Source of the DNA: Tubiluchus corallicola
Taxonomy: Eukaryota > Animalia > Priapulida
Direction of reading: 5' to 3'
Assembly: GCA_030141605.1 (NCBI GenBank)
Contig: JAQGDQ010000257.1
Span: 186,001-250,000, forward strand
Length of the DNA: 64,000 nt
The translations under genes and the position numbers were made by a program. The notes beneath the pieces were generated by a model, which worked only from the letters and a program-made list of their open reading frames with translations, was not told where the DNA came from and did not search any database. Below are positions 15,301 through 26,331 of this stretch, one piece after another; position 1 is the stretch's first letter; every line of letters begins with the position of its first letter.

Positions 15301-18300
15301 GAAAGTTGCTGACCATAACAGAAAATTTTACTGCACGGCAGGGGTGAGCATCGAACATTCGACTTTGATTCGATTAGCACAGCATTTCAACATTTTTCTG
15401 TGCGCTTTTTGTCGTTAAAACATTTGAAACATCATATAGTCAGCATAATTTAGGTGTGATTTCTGTGTACAGTTTTTAAACAAAATAATTAGTGTATTTA
15501 CTGCAGAATAAAATCAAGTAATATGCATGATTTTTGTGAACCCGTTTTTTATTAGTGATTCGAACATTTATAGGAAAATCTTTAAAACTGAATCGATTTG
15601 GAATCAAAAATCTTGAAGTTCGGTTTGATTTAAGTTCGAAAGTCACAAATTAGATTTGATTTGGATTCGAAAATCTTGAAGTTTGGTTTGATCTAAGTTT
15701 GAAAGTCACAAATTAGATTTGATTTGGATTCGAAAATCTTGAAGTTCGGTTTGATTTAAGTTTGAAAGTCACAAATTAGATTTGATTTGGATTCGAAAAT
15801 CTTGAAGTTTGGTTTGATTTAAGTTTGAAAGTCACAAATTAGATTTGATTTGGATTCGAAAATCTTGAAGTTCGGTTTGATTTAAGTTTGAAAGTCACAA
15901 ATTAGATTTGATTTGGATTCGAAAATCTTGAAGTTCGGTTTGATTTAAGTTTGAAAGTCACAAATTAGATTTGATTTGGATTCGAAAATCTTGAAGTTTG
16001 GTTTGATTTAAGTTTGAAAGTCACAAATTAGATTTGATTTGAATTTGCTTTTTGGTAAAAAATGCTCACCCCTACTGAAAGGTTTTTTATTGTGATACTT
16101 ATTTCTTTCACTGCTATAGTTTCTGAAGAAACATTAACGCTAAACTCTACAGTGCATGCACTACAAACATGCTTCACACATTCATACAAACAAAGAAATA
16201 ATGCTAGACAGTTAACAGTGAAGAAATTTATTAAAAAAATGTTCATTTTAGTAACATCAAAAGCAAATAATGCAACTAGTATGAAAAAAAGTATTCGACA
16301 TAAAAGACGGTTAACTTCTGTAGTTGACTTCAACAGTTTTCATCCGAATAAAATTACAATAATCTAAATATATTTAATATGTGTGTTGGTTAAATCAGAT
16401 TGCATTACAGATTTACAGAGGAGTTCAAAACAAACACAATGTAGGTATTTTGTCATGCATCTCAAATTATCCACTTGCACTTATTGGCAAAATAAAGCAA
16501 TAGACATCATGCAGTGAATATATACATACAGTCACAGACATGCATACAAAAAGAAATCAGAAAAAACAGCATCAGATTCATCAGCCAATGATTCGTGTGT
16601 AATATCATGCTTACCTCTACAAATGCATGCATTTTACAGTTTCTACAATATCTACAAAAACCAGAAAGTCTACATCTATGGCAGACACCTATACATACCC
16701 ACAGTTCTCAGACATAAGTGCATGGAAATGAAACAGCACAAAGAAACAAACGTGCAAAGAAGAACATTGACATTTCTTACTTTCACTTCCACAGTTGCGG
16801 AGAGTCGAGCGTTCGCGAACGCCTGACCTTTTGTTCCTTGGACGAACTCCTTCTCTCTAAGAGCTTTCATGTTTTCCCTGTCTGATTCCAGCTGCATTCG
16901 TATCTGTTCCCGCCTGCGATTGACATCCACACCGGGAACTGCTTCCATGTCATCAATTCGCACATACGGCTAAAAGAGTAACAAGTCAAAGGTCAGACTC
17001 AATATTTCTACAAAGTTTTCTTTGTTTCTTGTTGTTGTTGTTGTTGCTGCTGCTGCTGTTGTAGCTGTCAACAAAAAAGAACAAATATACACAAATTAAA
17101 AGTACTGTCCATAAATCGATACAAATTTCGTTACATTCTAAGACTTCCACTTTAAAATCAACAGTTTTTGTTTAACTGTATCTTTTTCTATCTGTCTTTC
17201 ATACTTTATCAATTCCAGCTTTGCTCACCTCAGAAGTACCGCCACAGGCACACCGCGTTCTCACCCTTCTCAATAACTGTCAGACAAGTATTTCTCTTTG
17301 ATGTTTTTAATGAAGTTTAGGAATTTAACGTAAAAACACCGAGTTAAAACATTAACTCACAAATGACCGAGCTCTCTTACCTCTGTGCTGGCTGTGAATT
17401 AATTAGTATAAAATAATAAGACATAACAACCTTTCCACGTTGAATTCTGTTTACAGTATAATTATATATATATGACTATAAGAGTGGAGTCAATGTATCC
17501 AGGTGTATCCAGGTATTGCACTAATATATATCCACGACATGATTGATAATCTGCTGAATTTACTTGTTCAGCAAGTCAACAACAAATTTCTTTCACTAGC
17601 ACTCTACCAGCCGACGTACACTTGTTACAGGCGCAGAGGTCAATAAGCAAAGTTGTGTTTTGATAGTGGACAACATTAAAATGCACTGATGTCAATAAAA
17701 TCTCTTAATAAAAATTACAACTGTTTCACAAAAAACTCTGAATCTACATTTTTTAGCTTAATTAAAGTTTTCTTTCTACGATTAACGAGATAAAAAGTTG
17801 TATATCTTTTCAATATTCTCTTTGTTTTTCCAAAAATTTTTCAACACACTTTCTAAAGTTAATTTTCATCTACTTAGTTTATTCCATCTTTCTGCTGAAT
17901 CTTAAAAACTTTTTCTTGCCCAGTTTCTTGCAAAGATGATCAATTTAATAACCTTGGCTGGGGCGTTGACACCGGGAATACGAGCCCGGTCTCCAAGGCG
18001 ATTAACACTCCTCTTGAATCCTAGTTCTTCCTCGATGCGGGCTCGTCGGGCTTCCCTCTCTTTGTCCAGCTCCTGCTGTAACTTCATGCGCCGCAATGCA
18101 ATCTCGATGGATCTTCTCCGCTTGTTGTCATCCATGTCTGCTAGCGGAGTGCGCGGAAGATCAGTTGCCTAGAAAGAATCCACAATTTCTTTCTCAAACC
18201 CGAACCCCATCAAACGTAATACAGTCAAATGTGTTTGCATGTGGAATAACAATTTAGATACATGGAATAATTAATAAATTATTTATTTTTGAAATTGATA

Positions 18301-21300
18301 TGAATTACAACAAAAATATTTACCTTTAAAGAAATTAAGATAGATACAGAAATCCAACCAGTTTTCAACACGAACGTCTTCAACAAGTTATATTAGCAGA
18401 AAAGAGTCATTCAGACATTTTTGTCGGTAACATGTTTAATTCACTTCATCACAATGGAAAAACAGCAAAGAAACAACGAATTATTCCAGGCAATATTTAT
18501 TACTTATTAGAAGTCAGTTAAAAAGTTGCATGTATTACAAAAATAAACATGTGCCGATATTTAAAAATTTTTTATTAGGCTGTTAACAGCAAAAAATGAT
18601 GTGAATTATCTCAATAAAAAAATTAAATGACGTTGCAGGCGTTTAAGTTAAAGTGCAAGACAGTGCATGAGGCTGGTTCTTTACCATTTCCCTGGCAGGA
18701 TGTTTCCTAGTTATTATACTTCTTGTGGAAGTGCGGCGATTTGGCTTCTGATGTTTTGGTACAGGCCTCTCATCAATCTGCCCATCTGTGGATAATACAT
18801 ACATTTTAAAATAAACATCACCATCACTGTAAAACAAGAGAACAGCTAAACCATCACCGTAAAACAAAAGAACAGCTAAACCATCACCGTAAAACAAGAG
18901 AACAGCTAAACCATCACCGTAAAACAAAAGAACAGCTAAACCATCACCGTAAAACAAAAGAACAGCTAAACCATCACCGTAAAACAAGAGAACAGCTAAA
19001 CCATCACCGTAAAACAAAAGAACAGCTAAACCATCACCGTAAAACAAGAGAACAGCTAAACCATCACCGTAAAACAAGAGAACAGCTAAATTTCTGCAAA
19101 TGCATAACTTGCTGGCAACATATTGTTAGAATACATCACAAACAAAATATAGCCAACTCACATTAAAATAATTACAAAAATGAAGTGTGTGAACTAAATG
19201 GCAACAAAACACTAGATATTCTAATTAAGTAAAGGCTTAAGATAAGTAGAGAAAACCAAAAGTATCGTCATTAAATTTTTACCTTCAAATGGCAATTCAT
19301 TGCAGAAAAATTCATAAAACTGCCAGAGATAAGCAGTCATGCGCAGTTTGTCCGGCTCCATATTTTCAGACATCTCTTTGCCAGTCATCATTGGCATGAT
19401 GCCAAATTCTCGCTGAGCAATGCTGAATGCCATGTTTGTGTTCTTCTCAATCTCATTAGGTGACAAAGAATCAAAGTCGCTAAAGTAAATAATATCAAAT
19501 TGATTGTATTACATTTATCAGCAAACTTAAACTCAAAATAAACTATATAAAAACAAAAATGGTACAAAAACAATTATACAATTAAAATAGTGTTATAACT
19601 GCTCATACTATGGAAGGATACAGAACAACTGCTCTTCCTAATAGCACAAGATGTTGTTTTTCTTACCAATTTTATGATCTTTTACTTAAATTATCAAGTG
19701 CTTATGGACATACGATGAAAACTACAGATAAATTTGTAAGTACTAAATTAGTATCTGAATTTTTACTTGTAATGTCATTTTTATATCAATAGATGAAATA
19801 TAAAATTTAACTACAAAAACAAGTAACAAGCATACAGATTTTTATAAATACTTTTACTTTCCAAACAGTTATATTCAATGTTGCTGGATGCAGAAATGAT
19901 TTATGCACGTCATTAAAGAAATGCTAATTTTCAGTTTGTTTCTAGATTTAAATGCTTTGGCAATGACTTTATTAGGAAGTACAGATCTGGCAGTCAGCAA
20001 ATAACAGAAAAACAAGATGGCCAACTTATTATCAATTTTTGGCAACCCTCGCAAATCCTTGAGCTTCAAATATTAAGGTTTAGCCTGCACACTTTTCATT
20101 AGTCAGTAAGAGTGAAGGTAGTACAGCAAAAACCGAGCAAACTATTCTTCGTTGAACTGTAACACAGCTATAGGTAGATTGAATATATGACCCAAATGTT
20201 ACAAGCTATAATGCGTACGCAAAACTAACATACATCAAATCTGGCCTATATCGGTGTATGGTAGCACACAAAGCTAGACCGTTTCTCCACGATGTAGTCA
20301 TGTTTTCTATAGTAATGCCTCTGTATCCACTCACTTGCTCTTGACACCAGTCAAATAATTTGTTAACCTGTCAAAAGAAAAGTATTTGTTTACTCAGCAA
20401 AAAAACAGTGAATTATACTACAATAGCATAAATAACATAATTCCACTATAAACTATAGTGTGTTAGTGAAATTATTACCTCAGACATAAGGCTGGTCAAG
20501 ACATAAAGATAAAAGATAAAGAAATTTTGCTAAAGTCACATAATGCGTTTGTCACTGTGGTAACCAGACGCTCTTGCTAACAAATTTAGAAATTATATAC
20601 ACGTAATGCCAAGTTTTCACAACAATTGAGTCTCTTTTGAAGAAAAAATATTTATTAATGGCAAAATTATTTAGCTGTATTCAAAATCAGTTTTTCTACC
20701 TGCTCTTCAGTTGTGGTTTTCATTTTCCGTGGTGGCGTTTCCAGCGCTATAATCTCGTCTTTATAGTTGACGTCACCAGAATCATATAAGCTGCGAGCTT
20801 GATTACCACTGACAGCCTGAATCAAAAATATGCAAATTTCTAAGTGTGACTTACCCAAGATCTGACCAGTTGCACCACATTTACACCTTTCTTAAAAACA
20901 TTTTCTATCGATAAGAAATTTCTTTTAACATACAAAGCTTAAAAAGCTGGAGTAGTAGCAATTATAACACACATTTCAAAATGCATAAAATAAATATTTA
21001 TAATGATTATGTTTGATAAAATATATCCAACTTCTTACATTGTAAAAAACTTCTTATATGAAAGCTACAATGCTGCTCGTAAAGAATGTAAAAAAATAAG
21101 TCTGAATAAATTATGAAACTTAAAAGCATACATGCTGATTGAAGTTTATATATCTGGTTTGTGGATCTAAACTGTATGAGTTGAAATTTTGTTGCAAATT
21201 TTCCGGCTTAGTTTGTGCCAAAAGTCGATAGGAAGCTTCCCGTAAAGCAAGAACTTGAAGAGGTGTAAGCTTTCCAGATGACCACTGTTGCACCATCCAA

Positions 21301-24300
21301 CAAGCGTCAAAAACACCAAGAAAACCTCTTGCAATACCCGTTCCCAATGGCCAAAAAGGCTGAAAAAACAAACAGTTCATAACAAAACAAAAATTACCAA
21401 GATTAATATGCAACAAAAAATTACTTTAGTGATGTGTCGGTGATCACAAATTCTTGGTCGGGATGTGAAATAACATAATTGGATCAGTAATGATCACCGT
21501 AAATCACTGCAAACTGGTAAAATGATATCACTTCAAATAATTCTCATGAAGAATATCAAATGAAATCTCTCATGAAATATTGCACATCTCATTTTTGCTT
21601 ATGCAAATATTTGTTTTAAGTTAAACTTTCTAAATAGTTTTACAATTTGGATTAGTAGAATAGATACTAAATTCATAGGGATATGGGATCCCATTTTGTC
21701 ATGGGATATTTGTGAAAATTTAATTAGGACATTTTGCTGAATTTCTTTATGACAGCAACAACAACTGAAACAGAAACTAACAATATCAAAATAAAGACAA
21801 AAAAGTCATCCATGTTTTCAGAAACAGAAGCCAAAATGCAAACAGTTGAAGCGCGATAAAATAAGTAGTCCTCTGTAATGTCGTACACAAACACAACTTT
21901 AGCACAATAATAGCTAAACTAGTCAAAATACCTCTACTAAACTGTCGCCCACTAGAGCCATCAATAATTTATGACCTCTTCTTTCCATAGCTCTTGCCGC
22001 ATGCTCAGCTTGGTACATGGATGTAAAGTCAAACATTGCCACGTCTGGTTGACCATAGTGATTCATGGCGAAATCTTGATGGGGCAACTGATAGTTTGTG
22101 GCAAAGGCAGACGCCTCTTGGGCATATTCCATCAGCGCCTCTTGGTTAACGTTTTCTCGGGACAGCAATGCTTCCGTTTCAGAAAAGTCCTTTAATAAAC
22201 GATAATGTAAATTAAATAACTGCACCAGTGTTCATTAGAAATACCGGTGGAGTAAATGAAAAGCTACTGCGACCAAATAATGTACAAAATTTTGCAACTA
22301 TAATCAGGGTTCCAGCAGAATTTTAAAATAACTTTCCATGATTTTCCCGAACCAAATATTGATTTTCCAGGACCAAGATAAGCAGAAATTGCATTACCAG
22401 TATACATATTCAAACATTTTTGTGTATGGACAGTCACACTGATACATAATGTGTCGGCCAATCATTATTTTTGGAACAGAAATCAAAACTGGGAGGCTGC
22501 CATAGCAAAATTTTACTCGAACATGAATCACTGAAAAATAAATTTAGAAAAATGTCGGTGATTATTTTTGCAACCCTTTCCCTGACTTTTCGTCCCATTC
22601 TCATAATTTTCCCTGACTTTTTACCACATTATCTTTTTCCCTATCATTTATAATAAAATGATAAACTATACACACAAAAATACTGGGATCCCTAACAGTT
22701 TAGACAATCGACAAGTTATTAGGCGTACGTAACTTCTGACTAGACAAACCTTAAGGATAACGCCTCTCTCAATAAGACTCTGCTTCTTAGCAGTCATGAC
22801 GAAATAGTGAGTATCATCCTTGTAGTAGACAATATTTTCCAGATCAATCCCTGTTTCCAGTTTCATGTCAGTAAAGAATTTCTGATTAAATATGAAAGCC
22901 ACACCTGAAGTGAACAGAAAGCCATTAGCATCATTTGACGTTTCCAAGTGTTGAGACCGTATTTTTACACATTAATCCATAATCACGTGACTGCACTATA
23001 GTATATTTACATTGAACAGCTAAGGAACTTAGTAATTTCATAATCTTGTGTTGACATAAAATAGCATAAATGTACCATAAACAAGTAATTTAATAGAGCT
23101 GGCATTAAAAATCACAGAAAAAGTTGCTTGCAGATTTATACACAAAATTTTAATTTTACCATTACTCAACATGCTTTTAATTTGTTGGAGTTCCTACCAT
23201 CAATTTCATATGTATTAGTCTAAAATAAACCTAAAATTCCTCCTAGATACTCCTGCGAACTCTCTCTCTGGAAAGTTCCTCCTGGATAATGCCTAAGTCT
23301 TAGTTTTTGTTGACTTTAAACATATCCACACACAGGGTATAGAAAGCTAAAAGACATGCACATGTTAAACTTTTACAGCTTCTTTATGATATTCAAGTTA
23401 TGACATGGCACTGTGCAGATAAATTATTAGTGTTTGCTGCTTAGCGCTCAGCTTTTATTACTGGTTTAATCAATATACTACACTGTAAATGTTTATTAAT
23501 CCTGCCGTTGGTTACAGTGCCACAAATGTAAATTATAAGTAAACAACTGACTGGTGTGAATTTGTTTATAAGTTTCCGCTTCGTATACGACTTGGATGAC
23601 AAGTCTAGCGCTAACCAAGTGATAATTATACCCGAGATTTCCTCCACGATGTTTTCATCATGAGTCAGGCGATTGACAAAGTTAGCAGTTATGGCAATGG
23701 CGAGCTTTCCTCGAAACTCCTTCCTCTGAAAACCTAACAAACAAAAAAGGCGACATGGTTATTACCACATACATCCACTGAAGGATGGCTTGACTAGTTG
23801 ACCTTCTTGGTCTTTCGCCATCCTATTTCCATTGTGATAATTAAATACATTTACTTGCCTCAGTTATATCATGAATATGGAAATAAATGCACGTTTTGAA
23901 TTGAATATAATTTGAATTAAATTGAATTTGAACTGATGGCGGAAATTCAAATTTATGAATTGGGATTCAAATTGTTATTCTAAGCAAAACAATTTTTCAA
24001 ATAAAGCAAAAAAAAACAGATGCTAAATACCAACAGGATTCAGAATGATAATATAAGATCTGACATGTAGGATTACGTATACGTAGATAAAAAAAGATTC
24101 ACGTACCACCAAGTGTGTTTCGTTTACCATCTGCACCAAATATCGCATCAAACTGGTAGTCATTAACAGGATGATCTTTTGGAGAAACCTGTGCCCTCCA
24201 CCCGACTTTGTCAGACTGATCCTCTGGTGGTTCTATCAAACTTACGTACTCGGTATTTTCGTGAAACTCCACACCGACTAGTAGCGCCACCTTCAGCAGA

Positions 24301-24830
24301 ATGCACTGCAGTTGACGAATGCTTATGTGGTCTATAGAACCGGCACAGAACTTTCCGTAAAACTTTTTAGCACCGAGAGCTTTTAAGTCATGTATCACAT
24401 AAGGCCACAGATGAAGGACATTGTTCCGAGAGAATCTGTCACGTTTTTCAACAACAACAACCTTAGCACCGAGTAACATCAATTCAATGGCGGCTCGTAA
24501 ACCGCATGGTCCTCCGCCGATTATCAAAACGCGAGTATTTGAACATGCTTTGTTCTTTTTGTAATCCCTGTGACTTGCCCTCTTGTCTAGTTTACTCCAA
24601 AGACTTTCTGCTTTCCAGGAGCGTAGCCGGGAACGAAGATGGTGGTAGAAGTTGCGGTCTTCCTTGGGGTCAAGTTGCAAAATATTGCACAATTGTTTGA
24701 ACGTAGAAACGATAGATTTGAAAGTTGGCGCTTGAACAAACTGGTCAAAGATGCGCATCGCAAGTGCCAGTTGCTGAGAATCAATGCCAATTGAACCACT
24801 TGGTGAGCGACGGGGTGGCTTTAGAGACAT
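67..24830 (-). CDS. MICAL: MICAL, F-actin monooxygenase (MO-CH-LIM-bMERB); spliced gene whose 3' end lies beyond the left edge of the window
   Basis: Phase-consistent GT-AG exons in transcription order: 24830-24107, 23733-23632, 22904-22750, 22189-21932, 21359-21132, 20816-20700, 20367-20234, 19479-19283, 18785-18685, 18168-17953, 16969-16781, 13471-13286, 12445-12262, 11646-11503 (or 11509), 11385-11205, 10657-10518, 10361-10169, 9182-6435, 5391-4787, 3526-3398, 2685-2579, 1272-1036, 344-67 (7,553 nt). Motifs: [47 protein letters not shown] ([20 protein letters not shown]), LIM, bMERB ([18 protein letters not shown]). An in-frame TAA lies just upstream of ATG 24830. Confidence 0.96.
1493..2231. 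mobile_element. pogo/Tigger-type MITE (Tc1/mariner superfamily)
   Basis: TA|CAGTAAGTCCTCGCTTAACGA ... TCATTAAGAGAGGACTG|TA; imperfect TIR with a 4-nt indel and TA on both sides. Confidence 0.7.
2892..3343. mobile_element. hAT-type MITE with internal GGAGTC repeats
   Basis: TIR CAGGGCTG...CAGCCCTG; perfect 8-bp TSD GCTGTAGA at 2884-2891 and 3344-3351. Confidence 0.88.
4002..4727 (+). mobile_element. pogo/Tigger internal-deletion derivative with a transposase N-terminal remnant
   Basis: TA|CAGTAGGTGC ... GCGCCTACTG|TA; 4537-4610 translates as [22 protein letters not shown], resembling the first CENP-B-type HTH of pogo transposases. Confidence 0.72.
4787..5391 (-). CDS. MICAL: MICAL internal exon containing the [17 protein letters not shown] segment
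   Basis: TTTTTGCAG| acceptor, G|GTAAGA donor, open frame with phases matching both neighbours. Confidence 0.85.
5488..6124. mobile_element. Non-autonomous TIR element with 4-bp TSD (Sola-like), copy 1
   Basis: About 33-bp TIR GTGT(G/T)CTTGCATAGCAAAATCGTCCATAAGT; TSD ATAT; homologous along its length to 56032-56693 in inverted orientation. Confidence 0.82.
6435..9182 (-). CDS. MICAL: MICAL giant internal exon (2,748 nt), acidic and likely disordered linker
   Basis: 916-codon open frame bounded by TGTAG| (9183) and AT|GTAAGC (6434); phase 2 at both ends, matching the neighbouring exons. Confidence 0.85.
11503..12445 (-). CDS. MICAL: MICAL LIM domain, exons 12445-12262 and 11646-11503
   Basis: CYFC...[11 protein letters not shown]...G/HFYCKIH gives the complete LIM zinc-ligand pattern across a phase-1 intron. 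Confidence 0.92.
12692..13180. mobile_element. Truncated pogo/Tigger-like MITE
   Basis: TA|CAGTAAACTCCGCATAACTCAAA left end, with recurring TTTGAGTTA subterminal motifs at both ends; right TIR not intact. Confidence 0.5.
13664..14141. mobile_element. hAT (Charlie-like) MITE
   Basis: TIR CAGGGGTGTGCAAATT / AATTTACACACCCCTG, subterminal GGCCCG motifs, perfect 8-bp TSD GTTTAATG at 13656-13663 and 14142-14149. Confidence 0.9.
14620..14912. repeat. Interspersed-repeat fragment with recurring GGTCAAGG(TCA) motifs
   Basis: Four GGTCAAGG copies in about 300 bp; the reverse complement TGACCTTGACCT also occurs near 31365. Confidence 0.4.
15339..16074. mobile_element. hAT-type MITE carrying an internal 63-bp tandem array
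   Basis: TIR CAGGGGTGAGCAT / ATGCTCACCCCTA; flanks CTGCACGG and CTGAAAGG match at 6/8 (degenerate TSD). Confidence 0.72.
15593..16041. repeat. Minisatellite, 63-bp unit, about 7 copies
   Basis: GAAAATCTTGAAGTTYGGTTTGATTTAAGTTTGAAAGTCACAAATTAGATTTGATTTGGATTC; period confirmed at 15611, 15674, 15737. Confidence 0.95.
18817..19090. repeat. Minisatellite, 30-bp unit, about 9 copies
   Basis: AAAACAA(A/G)AGAACAGCTAAACCATCACCGT in tandem inside MICAL intron 8. Confidence 0.95.
19283..20367 (-). CDS. MICAL: MICAL calponin-homology (CH) domain, exons 20367-20234 and 19479-19283
   Basis: [47 protein letters not shown]...[11 protein letters not shown]...[17 protein letters not shown]. The first exon is absent from the ORF track and was translated by hand. 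Confidence 0.93.
21132..23733 (-). CDS. MICAL: MICAL exons 2-5: remainder of the monooxygenase domain
   Basis: [67 protein letters not shown]; canonical splice sites in consistent phase. Confidence 0.94.
21583..21786. repeat. Dispersed repeat, homologous to 26388-26626
   Basis: Shared CACATCTCATTTTTGCTTATGCAAATATTTGTTTTAAGTTAAA ... CAACTGAAACAGAAACTAACAATAT in direct orientation. Confidence 0.8.
22305..22620. mobile_element. Dispersed repeat with a hAT-like CAGGGTTCC end, homologous to 42845-43170 (inverted)
   Basis: Shared CGGCCAATCATTATTTTTGGAACAGAAATC core and TTTCCCTGAC subterminal motifs. Confidence 0.7.
24107..24830 (-). CDS. MICAL: MICAL coding exon 1: N-terminal part of the FAD-dependent monooxygenase domain
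   Basis: Rossmann motif [39 protein letters not shown]; donor G|GTACGT at 24106; acceptor TTTTAG ending at 24850. Confidence 0.96.
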
Positions 24831-25743
24831 CTTTTGCTTTTTTTAATCACTAAAACAAACAAATATTCATCAATAATAACTTAATCTTATTAGCACGGTT
24901 CAGTATAGTCAAACAGATCTTTGATTTGTTTACTAAAATCGAAGTCACATAGTCTTGTATACGCAGGCAACAAGTATGCAAAAATGTAATATGAAAAGTA
25001 TAGAACAAGATGTACAGCTGCAAAATATTATGTGTTTAGCATGAAACTGTGGTAAAGAAAAGACAATAACGCAAAATCTTCCAGTTTTAATGAGTTGTTA
25101 TTCGTAATTAACGTACAAAACCTTCGTCTATGACGTGGTCGCCTAACTTGAGCTGAAACGGCAGATTTTTCATAATTCAAACCAAAACCACTATTAAAAC
25201 ACACCAATCACTACTCATTAAAAAGTACAACCCACATTTAGTTTAAAATCGTTAGTTAGAAAGCACTTACATGTGTATAATTTTCTTTTTATAATGCACA
25301 AATATTAACGAAACAAAAAATGAAAAATTTTGCTTAACAGCTTGCAGTTGCCTGCTCACCTGGAGTTGAATGTATTGTCACTGTCCTAACATAACAGAAA
25401 AACACATATACATGAAGATTTAATCCAGATACATGTAATTACTTCTTAAAGCAAACCTTTAAATAAATACTTTAAAAGTATTGTAAAATATCAAATATAA
25501 CCTGTTTTAACACATACTTAGTTTTGCAAAGGCAGTAGATGCGAGATTCCAGCTGACTCTTGCAAATTATATGAGAAATACAGAGTGTCATACAAGCACA
25601 AAACTCCTAAATTAGCACTTAGCAATGGTTTTGATCTGTAGCGCAGTGACTCTTTTATATACACAACACACATCCTGCACTGATAGTCAGATAACAATCA
25701 ATGAGCAACATACAAATACCGAATATGGATAAGAGGGCATAAG

Positions 25744-25972
25744 TACTAAGCAGCTCTCATTCATAAGTGTAAATAAATTTACCATATTAGGACTTGAATA
25801 ATTATACCAATGATTGAAAATGGAAATAGCAGAAACAGGTAAAAACACTAAAAAATTAATTTGATTCAGCAAATACTAAGCAGCTCTCATTCATAAGTGT
25901 AAATAAATTTACCATATTAGGACTTGAATAATTATACCAATGACTGAATATGGAAATGGTAGCAGCAGGTAA
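25744..25972. repeat. Local direct duplication with a 130-bp period
   Basis: TACTAAGCAGCTCTCATTCATAAGTGTAAATAAATTTACCATATTAGGACTTGAATAATTATACCAATGA at 25744 and 25874. Confidence 0.9.
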
Positions 25973-26183
25973 AAAAAGATGCAATTAAGTGCTTAGCAAA
26001 CTAAGTGCTGGGATGAAAAAGAATCCAAGATTTTCTTCCCTTCAGTCAAATTTGGTTTCAAAAACGAATTAACTGTGGGCAAGTCAGTGTGACTTGGTTG
26101 TGTTCAAGAAAACTAATGCATGGTTTAAATATAAATTAATGCAAAATTAATGCAGCCATGTTCGTGGATTGGCAATAACTACA

Positions 26184-26331
26184 AAACACATAATACAGAG
26201 ACCCTTCTACATACCTACCTAAACACATAATACAGAGACCCTTCTACATATCTACCTAAACACATAATACAGAGACCCTTCTACATATCTACCTAACCAC
26301 ATAATACAGAGACCCTTCTACATATCTACCT
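26184..26331. repeat. Minisatellite, 37-bp unit, 4 copies
   Basis: AAACACATAATACAGAGACCCTTCTACATAYCTACCT. Confidence 0.95.

Noticed and set aside
18786-19077. Hydrophobic repeat ORF ([10 protein letters not shown])n
   Set aside because: Read-through of the 30-bp intronic minisatellite; only 18785-18685 is a real MICAL exon.
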